Source: a virus
Lineage: Duplodnaviria > Heunggongvirae > Uroviricota > Caudoviricetes
IMG/VR virus record: IMGVR_UViG_3300027734_000050
Span: 64,001-104,125 of that record
Reading direction: 5' to 3' (one strand)
Length of the DNA stretch: 40,125 nt
Position numbers and translations under genes: made by a program. The notes below the pieces were generated by a model. The model was not told where the DNA came from, ran no database searches, and saw only the letters and a program-made list of their open reading frames with translations. This document shows, piece after piece, positions 31,959 through 39,924 of this stretch (its first letter is position 1; every line of letters begins with the position of its first letter).

Positions 31959-32975
31959 ATGACTAATCTATTCCGTAAAGCCGCGATCTTCACTGACATC
32001 CACTTTGGCTTAAAGTCAAACAGTGTCACTCACAATGAGGACTGCCTAAACTTTGTAAAGTGGGCCACTGCCAAAGCCCGAGAGGAAGGTTGTGAAACCT
32101 GCATGTTCTTGGGCGACTGGCACAACAACCGAGCCAGTCTCAACATCGTCACACTGAACTACAGCCTTAGGGCACTGGAGCACATGAATGCCAACTTTGA
32201 TCGAGTATATTTTATTCCCGGAAATCACGATCTATATTATAGGGACAAGCGTGATATTCAAAGTGTTGAATGGGCACGCCACCTCCCCAATGTTGAAATT
32301 TGTAACGATTGGTTTTCCAGTGGTGATGTGGTTATTGCTCCTTGGCTGGTTGGTGACGATCATAAGCGTATCTCTCGGCTGAAGGGCAAGTACATGTTCG
32401 GGCATTTTGAACTGCCCGGCTACTTGATGAACGCCATGGTAGAGATGCCGGATCACGGCGAAGTACGCAGAGAAGACTTCAACAACTTTGAACATGTGTT
32501 TACCGGGCACTTCCACAAACGCCAGACCAAGAAAAATATCACTTATATCGGCAATGCATTTCCACACAACTATGCTGATGCCGGTGACGATGCTCGCGGG
32601 CTTACTGTGTTAGAGTGGGGCCGAGATCCTGTGTATCATGCCTGGCCCGACCAACCCAGATATCGTGTGTTGGGACTGGCCAACATCATCGACAATGCTG
32701 CCTCATTGCTTGCTCCCAGGATGCATGTTCGTGTAAACTTGGACATTGAGATTTCATACGAAGAAGCCAACTTCATCAAGGAAACATACATCCGAGACTA
32801 CAGTCTCAGAGAGATGGCCCTGATACCCAACAAGAACTCGTCAGTGGACACCGACATGGCACCTGGTGAGATTAAGTTTGAATCGGTAGATCAGATCGTG
32901 ACAGATCAGATCACCAACATTGAATCTGAATTCTATGACAACCGACTGCTGCTAAAAATCTATCAGAATCTATGA
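31959..32975 (+). CDS. gp47: Recombination endonuclease subunit, gp47 (Mre11/SbcD-like)
   Basis: Metallophosphoesterase motifs DIHFG, GDWHN, GNHD, GHFE, GHFH. Confidence 0.95.
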   Translation: MTNLFRKAAIFTDIHFGLKSNSVTHNEDCLNFVKWATAKAREEGCETCMFLGDWHNNRASLNIVTLNYSLRALEHMNANFDRVYFIPGNHDLYYRDKRDIQSVEWARHLPNVEICNDWFSSGDVVIAPWLVGDDHKRISRLKGKYMFGHFELPGYLMNAMVEMPDHGEVRREDFNNFEHVFTGHFHKRQTKKNITYIGNAFPHNYADAGDDARGLTVLEWGRDPVYHAWPDQPRYRVLGLANIIDNAASLLAPRMHVRVNLDIEISYEEANFIKETYIRDYSLREMALIPNKNSSVDTDMAPGEIKFESVDQIVTDQITNIESEFYDNRLLLKIYQNL

Positions 32976-33445
32976 GTTGGAGATCTGTTCAGTTAGGAGA
33001 GACTACTTGTGATCAAGACAATATAATTTTAAAATTGTTCGATGGCCAGCCGGTAAAGTATGTAGGGCACGATTTGGCGTTCTCAAACGTCTTGAATCAA
33101 GACGACCATGCTGAAAATTTAGTATTGATAATAAACCAATCAATGTGGTGTTCTGAATTGATCTCAACATGTAAAACTCAACTAACAGATACAATAAAAA
33201 CTTTTTACATTGGGATCAATCGGTACTGTATCAAAGGCAACGACACTGTGATTGATGTAAACCTATCAAAAGACAAAGGTAAAGATTTAATCAACTTCGT
33301 TGATATTCAGATTCGATTATCTGGATATTCAATCAAGCAGTCAGGATATTTTGATCAAGACCTGGGTAGATATTTTAACTTTGTCCAACCTCTCACGTGG
33401 CTTTATGGAAACAAAACAACAAACCAAAGTAACCAAACAGAATAA
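32972..33445 (+). CDS. Hypothetical protein between gp47 and gp46
   Basis: 157-aa ORF with an ATGA overlap with gp47; AT-rich; no recognised motif. Confidence 0.7.
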   Translation: MSWRSVQLGETTCDQDNIILKLFDGQPVKYVGHDLAFSNVLNQDDHAENLVLIINQSMWCSELISTCKTQLTDTIKTFYIGINRYCIKGNDTVIDVNLSKDKGKDLINFVDIQIRLSGYSIKQSGYFDQDLGRYFNFVQPLTWLYGNKTTNQSNQTE

Positions 33446-33974
33446 AAGTGATTTTTTTCTTGCCATGTACCACCACCAAAATTCAACCAAGAATCAATTG
33501 GTCAATTTAGATTCTCTAAAAGAAACCCAAGTTATTCTTGTTGATTGCTGCGGGTGGCATTATAAAAAATTGTTTACGCAGAAATCCATCGTTGGGTTAG
33601 AAACAATCAAAACAGTCAAACAGTTTGAGTTAGATAAAACATACTTTGACCGTTTGATTGACAACCAACAAGATCAGTTTATTGGTTGGCCATCTGTGTG
33701 TGTCGATGACTGCGCTGTGGTATTTGATCGATCTCCTTTGTTAAAGTATCGGACGTTGGATCAGTTGTCTGAAATTATTACGGATGTCACTGACAAATAC
33801 ATGCCCAACACCGTAATACTAGAGCAGTCACTGACATTCATAGATGACGACAGATTAGTTGATCGATTTTACAATTTTGCAAAATTTAAGATCCATGGAT
33901 ACATTGTAAAAAAAATTACCTACGATACTGATCTGATGCATGTCTCTATTAGGTTTCAAAAGAAATTTAATTAA
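33405..33974 (+). CDS. Hypothetical protein, possibly degenerate SAM-methyltransferase-like fold
   Basis: Start reassigned to the ATG at 33405 (189 aa). VILVDCCGWHY followed by IVGLE resembles class I MTase motifs I/II; weak. Confidence 0.5.
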   Translation: METKQQTKVTKQNKSDFFLAMYHHQNSTKNQLVNLDSLKETQVILVDCCGWHYKKLFTQKSIVGLETIKTVKQFELDKTYFDRLIDNQQDQFIGWPSVCVDDCAVVFDRSPLLKYRTLDQLSEIITDVTDKYMPNTVILEQSLTFIDDDRLVDRFYNFAKFKIHGYIVKKITYDTDLMHVSIRFQKKFN

Positions 33975-33976
33975 TC

Positions 33977-34855
33977 ATGACTGTCATGATTGCAATCGAT
34001 TTTGTGCCAGGAACTCACGGACATTTCCTTGAAAAAACACTCAACAAATTTTTCAATGTTACTCCTGACATGCCCGATACATTTACACCAACAGGAACAA
34101 GCCATAATAAAACACTCGATTATAACAACAACAGATTGTTTCATGCTGAACATTGGTCCGAACTTTATGCAGATAAACTAACAAGTATCAAAAAAATAAT
34201 ATCTATTAGATTTGATCCAATGGATTTGTTGCTAGTATCATCAGTGAGTCTATTACGTGCAGGTGACGTAAACATCGACAATGACAATCTTGAAACTGAT
34301 ACTGTTAGTAAATTAAACAGTTTCTATCAATCAACTTTAGAACAAATTTATACCGCATATCCATTTTTAGATCGAACACAGTCATCTATTCCTCGATATG
34401 TACTTAGAGAGTTTTTTAAATTTGGTTTTAAAAATACCAGCATGAATGGGTACTGGCTCAAACAACAGTTGATGGTATACCCTGCCCAGTGTGAAGTTTT
34501 TCATTTTAATTTTTCCTCTTTCTACAATATTGACAATCTTGTGCTGAGCATCAAATCTATAGAAAAATTTGTAGAGAGAGAATTTGATTTCTCTTCAGAA
34601 TTTTACCAATATCACAAAAACTTTTTAAATTTCATACCTTATCAATCTCACAAAAAACAATGCGATCTCATAGTTGAATCGGTTAGATCCGGTATCGAAA
34701 TGCATATTCCAAAACTAACTATGTTTCAGGAAAGTTATATCAATGGGTGTTTAGAAAACATCTACCACAAGGAAATGCCTTTTCATCAAGATCAGTACTT
34801 TACTTCTACTAAAGATATGCTATACTATATAACTAATCGTGCTCCGAATTTATGA
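33977..34855 (+). CDS. P-loop/sulfotransferase-like hypothetical protein
   Basis: N-terminal beta-strand + PGTHGHFLEKTL (PSB-loop-like). It shares N- and C-terminal patterns with 38951..39913; ATGA overlap with gp46. Confidence 0.5.
   Translation: MTVMIAIDFVPGTHGHFLEKTLNKFFNVTPDMPDTFTPTGTSHNKTLDYNNNRLFHAEHWSELYADKLTSIKKIISIRFDPMDLLLVSSVSLLRAGDVNIDNDNLETDTVSKLNSFYQSTLEQIYTAYPFLDRTQSSIPRYVLREFFKFGFKNTSMNGYWLKQQLMVYPAQCEVFHFNFSSFYNIDNLVLSIKSIEKFVEREFDFSSEFYQYHKNFLNFIPYQSHKKQCDLIVESVRSGIEMHIPKLTMFQESYINGCLENIYHKEMPFHQDQYFTSTKDMLYYITNRAPNL
34799..34826 (+). promoter_or_regulatory. Putative sigma70-type promoter for gp46 inside the upstream gene's 3' end
   Basis: TTTACT(34799-804)-16 bp-TATACT(34821-26) with extended TG at 34818-19. 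Confidence 0.5.
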
Positions 34856-36615
34856 TTCAAATTAAAAAGTTAACTGTTAAAAATTTCATGAGTGTGGGCA
34901 ATACCACGCAGGCCATCGACTTTGATCGTTCAGACCTTACACTGGTACTGGGCGAAAACCTAGACATGGGCGGTGACGGTTCTCGCAACGGCACAGGTAA
35001 GACTACTATCATCAATGCGCTAAGTTATGCCCTGTATGGCCAAGCACTATCGAACATACGCAAAGACAATCTTGTGAACAAGACCAATGCTAAACACATG
35101 CTTGTGAGCCTGGATTTTGGTGTTGGCGGGCAGAACTATAGAATCGAACGTGGTCGTAAACCTAATGTGCTCAAGTTCTATGTGAACGACGAACATCAAG
35201 CAGCACAGGACGAGGCACAAGGCGATTCAAGAGAAACACAAGAAGCCATCGAACGTGTGTTGGGTATGAGCCACGACATGTTCCAACACATTGTTGCCTT
35301 GAACACTTACACACCACCGTTCTTGAGTCTCAAAGCCAACGAACAACGAACCATTATCGAACAGTTATTAGGTATCACGTTGTTGAGCGAGCGAGCCGAT
35401 CGTATCAAGGAACTCAACAGAGAAACCAAGGATTCCATCCAAGCAGAGGAACTGCGTATCCGTGCTGTGCAAGAAGCCAACAAGCGCATCGAAGAACAGA
35501 TCGCCAGCTTAGAAAAACGCAGAACCTTGTGGCTACGCAAACAAACAGAAGATACAGAAGCACTAGCACAAGGTATTGCTGATCTTGAACACATCGACAT
35601 TGGCGCAGAGGTCCAGGCACACAGAGATCTCGACACATACAATGCAGGCAAGAAAGCCATAGACGAAGCCAATCGTTGGATCCGACAGGTCGATGCCGAC
35701 GATACAAAGCTGCTAAAACAAAAAGCCCAGATTGAAAAGGATCTCAATCAGATCGCCAGCCACAAATGTTTTGCTTGCGGCACAGACATACACGACAACA
35801 GCCTTGACTCTGTGAAAGCACAGCGTGAGAAGACCTTGCAAGAACTTGCATTGCAACTGTTGACCAACGATACACAACGATTAGAACATCAAAGTCGATT
35901 GCTAGAACTGGGTGCATTGGGCACAGCACCCAAAGTGTTCTACGACAGTCTGGAACAGGCATTGAATCACAAGAATACTGTGGATACCTTGAACAAGGAT
36001 CTTGTGTCCAGGTCTTCCGAATCAGATCCCTACAGCGAACAGATCACGGAAATGCAGAATCAAGCATTGCAGGCAGTTTCTTATGACACTCTAAACGAAT
36101 TCACTAGAGTACAAGAACATCAGGAGTTTTTGCTCAAACTGCTTACCAGCAAAGATTCATTTGTGCGTAAGAAGATCATCGACCAGAACTTGAGTTATCT
36201 CAACAGCAGACTCACACACTATCTTGATCGTATTGGATTGCCGCATACTGTGAAGTTCCAGAACGATCTCACAGTGAGCATCGAAGAACTAGGCCGTGAA
36301 CTGGACTTTGACAACTTATCACGTGGTGAACGCAATCGATTGATCTTGAGTATGAGTTGGGCGTTCCGCGATGTGTGGGAAAGTCTGTATCAACCCATCA
36401 ATATCTTGTTCATCGACGAGATGATTGATTCTGGATTGGACACACAAGGTGTAGAGAATGCGTTGGCTTTGCTGAAGAAGATGAGCCGAGAACGACATAA
36501 AAGCATTTGGTTGGTCAGTCACAGAGACGAGTTAACCAGCAGAGTAGAGAACATTCTCAAGGTAGTGAAAGAGAATGGCTTCACTTCATATTCAACGGAT
36601 ATAGAACTTGCGTAG
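34852..36615 (+). CDS. gp46: Recombination ATPase, gp46 (Rad50/SbcC-like)
   Basis: Walker A NGTGKTT, coiled coils, zinc hook CFAC, signature LSRGE, Walker B LFIDE, GLD D-loop, VSH switch. Confidence 0.95.
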   Translation: MIQIKKLTVKNFMSVGNTTQAIDFDRSDLTLVLGENLDMGGDGSRNGTGKTTIINALSYALYGQALSNIRKDNLVNKTNAKHMLVSLDFGVGGQNYRIERGRKPNVLKFYVNDEHQAAQDEAQGDSRETQEAIERVLGMSHDMFQHIVALNTYTPPFLSLKANEQRTIIEQLLGITLLSERADRIKELNRETKDSIQAEELRIRAVQEANKRIEEQIASLEKRRTLWLRKQTEDTEALAQGIADLEHIDIGAEVQAHRDLDTYNAGKKAIDEANRWIRQVDADDTKLLKQKAQIEKDLNQIASHKCFACGTDIHDNSLDSVKAQREKTLQELALQLLTNDTQRLEHQSRLLELGALGTAPKVFYDSLEQALNHKNTVDTLNKDLVSRSSESDPYSEQITEMQNQALQAVSYDTLNEFTRVQEHQEFLLKLLTSKDSFVRKKIIDQNLSYLNSRLTHYLDRIGLPHTVKFQNDLTVSIEELGRELDFDNLSRGERNRLILSMSWAFRDVWESLYQPINILFIDEMIDSGLDTQGVENALALLKKMSRERHKSIWLVSHRDELTSRVENILKVVKENGFTSYSTDIELA

Positions 36616-37474
36616 AATCAAAGTCTTACATTTAGAGTCCACAGATGTGTGTCAGGCCGCATGTCCGTTGTGTGCTAGAGAAACTGATCCTTCGTTTAAT
36701 AAGAAACAGCAACACCATCTCACGATCGCACACATACAGAAACATTTCAGCGATCGTGTGATATCAAATCTCGACAAAGTATTCATGTGCGGGGTATATG
36801 GTGATCCGGCTGCCGCAAAACACACATTGGATATCTATCGCTGGTTCCGACAACTCAATCCCAACATCACACTAGGTATGAACACCAATGGTGCTATACA
36901 GAACACATTTTGGTGGCACGAGTTAGGTCACATGTTTAACCAGCAACTGGATTATGTTGTATTCAGTATTGATGGGTTGGAAGATACCAATGCCACTTAC
37001 CGACGTGGTGTTGATTGGTCAAAACTCATGGCCAATGCAGATGCTTATATCTCTGCTGGTGGATCTGCACATTGGGATATGTTGGTATATCGGCACAATC
37101 AACATCAAGTAGACGAATGCGAACAACTAGCAAGAGACATGGGGTTCAAGTGGTTTCGGGCCAAGATCTCTAGTCGAGAATTATTGAATTCAAATCTACA
37201 AACACCATTGGGATGGCACATACCTGTGTACGAACAAGGACCAATACGATGTCATGTACTTGAAGAAAAAAGTGCTTATATAGATGCACAAGGGCAGATA
37301 AGTCCTTGCTGTTGGCTAGGCAGAGATCGATCAAATGCCATCACGGATATCAAACAAGTGCAGCCAACCTGGAAGTCAGACAGTCCCAATCTTATCTGTC
37401 AGACCACTTGCAGCACTAAAGATTCAAAAAATAAATTCAATAGTCAATGGCAAAGAGAGGTGCAACTATGTTAG
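36608..37474 (+). CDS. Radical SAM protein with SPASM/twitch-type C-terminal Fe-S domain
   Basis: CQAACPLC (CxxxCxxC); FMCGVYGDP; TNG; FSIDG; C-terminal C...YIDAQGQISPCCW...CQTTC. The TTG start overlaps the gp46 stop. Confidence 0.9.
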   Translation: MRRIKVLHLESTDVCQAACPLCARETDPSFNKKQQHHLTIAHIQKHFSDRVISNLDKVFMCGVYGDPAAAKHTLDIYRWFRQLNPNITLGMNTNGAIQNTFWWHELGHMFNQQLDYVVFSIDGLEDTNATYRRGVDWSKLMANADAYISAGGSAHWDMLVYRHNQHQVDECEQLARDMGFKWFRAKISSRELLNSNLQTPLGWHIPVYEQGPIRCHVLEEKSAYIDAQGQISPCCWLGRDRSNAITDIKQVQPTWKSDSPNLICQTTCSTKDSKNKFNSQWQREVQLC

Positions 37475-38475
37475 CTGCCTGGCATTTTCATATTGAAGTA
37501 TCTAGCAAATGTACCTTGGCATGCCCTCGTTGCGCTCGGCAAGAAGTACCCAATGGGTTGATCAATACTGAACTAGATCTAGAATTCTTCAAACGCAATT
37601 TCACTTCGGAGTTTGTGTTAAAAAATGTAGAGAAGATCACATTCTGCGGCGATGATGGTGATCCCATCTATGCACATGATCTGATTGATATCATACAGTA
37701 TATTAAAAGTATCAAACCTGTAGAGATTGTAATTGTTACCAATGGTAGTCATAAAAAGATCCCATGGTGGATACAACTAGGAAAAACCCTAGACAAAAAC
37801 GATAGTGTGCATTTTAGCATTGATGGCTATGATAATGTAAGCAACAATCAATATCGAGTCAATAGTGACTATGATAGCATCATTGCCGGATTGCAGGCTC
37901 TACGGTCCACAAGTCATTGTCAAATAGTTTGGGCTGCTATTGCATTCAAGTTCAATGAACATAGATTAGACTTTATGCGAGAGTCAGCCAAGGAACTAGG
38001 GGTTGACCGGTTCCAACTCACACTCAGCACTAAGTTTGGTAGTGTATATCCTTCTTACGGAGCATTGGATACATTACAACCCAGTGATCGTTTTGTAAGC
38101 AGTACACATAGATTTGAACGTGTGATCACCAATCTCTCTGACCGATCAGAAACACCAATTAGTTTAACAAATATCAAACTGTTTCAAGAAACATTATCAA
38201 TCAACGGAGTGACTCCGTTGTGTAAAATAGGCAACAAGGGTTTATACATTGATGCCCGTGGCAGATTATTCCCCTGCTGCTGGGTAGCAAATCGGTATTC
38301 TCACAATCAATCATGGCAACAACAGGCAGAAAAATTCAATCTACATAATCACACATTAGAACACGTATTATCAGATACTTTTTGGACAACAGAATTAGAA
38401 ACTTATCGTTGGCAGGAATGCCAAACCAAGTGTGCCAGTTCTGTTGTTGATGAAAAATACGCAACTTCATGGTAA
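37468..38475 (+). CDS. Second radical SAM/SPASM protein, paralog of the preceding gene
   Basis: CTLACPRC; FCGDDGDP; TNG; FSIDG; C...YIDARGRLFPCCW...CQTKC. Start reassigned to the ATG at 37468 with a GAGG SD. Confidence 0.9.
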   Translation: MLAAWHFHIEVSSKCTLACPRCARQEVPNGLINTELDLEFFKRNFTSEFVLKNVEKITFCGDDGDPIYAHDLIDIIQYIKSIKPVEIVIVTNGSHKKIPWWIQLGKTLDKNDSVHFSIDGYDNVSNNQYRVNSDYDSIIAGLQALRSTSHCQIVWAAIAFKFNEHRLDFMRESAKELGVDRFQLTLSTKFGSVYPSYGALDTLQPSDRFVSSTHRFERVITNLSDRSETPISLTNIKLFQETLSINGVTPLCKIGNKGLYIDARGRLFPCCWVANRYSHNQSWQQQAEKFNLHNHTLEHVLSDTFWTTELETYRWQECQTKCASSVVDEKYATSW

Positions 38476-38513
38476 AAGGCATAACTATGTGACCTAAGTA
38501 ATAAAACCGCAAC

Positions 38514-38942
38514 ATGACATGGCTATATCAAAACACCCCAGTAGAGACATTGCCCGACTCATGTGTGGGGTTTGTTTACTTGATCACAAATAATCTCACT
38601 GGACGCAAATACATAGGCAAAAAACTGGCAAAGTTCTCAAAAACCACTTACAGAACAGTCAAACAAAAAAACGGCATCAAAAAGAAAAAACGGATACGAA
38701 GCAAGATTGATTCAGATTGGCAACAATATTATGGATCCAGCGTGGAACTATCCGCAGACATCGAAAAACTAGGCACCGACAATTTCACCAGAGAAATACT
38801 CTACTACTGTGCAAGCAAGAGTGAATGCTCATACATTGAGGCACGCGAGCAGTTCAGTAGACAGGTATTGGAATCGCAAGATTATTACAATGGCCATATA
38901 CAGGTAAGGGTACATGGCCGTCAAATACTAAACAAGATATAG
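38514..38942 (+). CDS. Small GIY-YIG family endonuclease with a Lys/Arg-rich insertion
   Basis: GFVYLITNNLTGRKYIGKK; YYGSS; SYIEAREQ (conserved Glu); YYNGHI (conserved Asn). Confidence 0.85.
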   Translation: MTWLYQNTPVETLPDSCVGFVYLITNNLTGRKYIGKKLAKFSKTTYRTVKQKNGIKKKKRIRSKIDSDWQQYYGSSVELSADIEKLGTDNFTREILYYCASKSECSYIEAREQFSRQVLESQDYYNGHIQVRVHGRQILNKI

Positions 38943-38950
38943 TCCGATAG

Positions 38951-39913
38951 ATGATAGCAATTTTTACAGATCCGGCCATTGGTGGGACTTTTTTAGAATG
39001 GTCTATCTATTATTTGGCAGGACACAGTCATTACTATTCAATCCACAAAAAAACTCAAATACCAGTAACCAACACACCACTCACAAACATCAATGCACAT
39101 AATTTTCTTCCAAATGTAATAGCAGATAGAAAAAACGCCAATCTGATCATTCCAGACGTGATCAAGCAATCAGACCGCATTCAAACAATTTATTTTAATT
39201 ATTTTGCTGAATCAGCACCATACATTGAACAGTTATTACCAGTCGTATCAAAATCTATAATACTCACCATGTCTCCTGAACAGGCACTGTATCGTTGTCA
39301 TTTTAAAACAAGATTTGGGTCGGACCCAACTCCTTCGTTGTCTGACAGTGATATCATGCTGACCAATGATCAAGATAGATTTGATGACTATGTTAATTTC
39401 TTTTTCAAACAGTCAAAAAACATATGGGATCAACAAACGCTCACCAATACCTGGGACACTAGAGAATTTTTAGCACTGAATTTCCGACCATTTGACACTT
39501 TAAAAATAACAGAAGAAATAAATCTAGATGTTGATCACTATCATGTCAATGCTATGGAACTATGGGATAGGTTTGATGATAGAGTCAGTGATTTGTTTAG
39601 ATATTTGGATTTAGACATCAATGAAAAAAATTTAGAAAACTGGATCAAGATATACCAACAGTGGAAAACAGTACACAAAGATAGAATATTTTTTATATGG
39701 TATTTTGACATCATCATTGACTACGTGGTCAAAGGATACAATCTTGATCTAACAAGATTCAACTTGGACATCTGTCAGGAAGCTGCAATACAACATGCAT
39801 TGATCTATAGGCACAATCTCAATCTCAAAACTTGGCAATTAGAAAAATTTACAAACACACGGCAACTACACGAATTATTAGAGCCAAACATACATCCCCT
39901 GTCACAATATTAA
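38951..39913 (+). CDS. P-loop/sulfotransferase-like hypothetical protein (homolog of 33977..34855)
   Basis: MIAIFTDPAIGGTFLEWSI N-terminus; IIDYVVKG..L.....LDICQEAAIQHAL C-terminal helix pattern; AT-rich. Confidence 0.5.
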   Translation: MIAIFTDPAIGGTFLEWSIYYLAGHSHYYSIHKKTQIPVTNTPLTNINAHNFLPNVIADRKNANLIIPDVIKQSDRIQTIYFNYFAESAPYIEQLLPVVSKSIILTMSPEQALYRCHFKTRFGSDPTPSLSDSDIMLTNDQDRFDDYVNFFFKQSKNIWDQQTLTNTWDTREFLALNFRPFDTLKITEEINLDVDHYHVNAMELWDRFDDRVSDLFRYLDLDINEKNLENWIKIYQQWKTVHKDRIFFIWYFDIIIDYVVKGYNLDLTRFNLDICQEAAIQHALIYRHNLNLKTWQLEKFTNTRQLHELLEPNIHPLSQY

Positions 39914-39924
39914 ATTTATCACGA

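Noticed and set aside
33300-33404. ORF-track start of the 224-aa ORF at 33300
   Set aside because: It is a non-ATG start giving a 146-nt overlap with the previous gene; the ATG at 33405 is more plausible.
37447-37467. ORF-track start of the second rSAM at 37447
   Set aside because: The ATG at 37468 has a GAGG SD and aligns its N-terminus with the first rSAM.
36608-38475. Radical SAMs as QueE, NrdG, MoaA or viperin
   Set aside because: They have SPASM/twitch-type C-terminal cysteine clusters, and none of the partner genes are present in the window.
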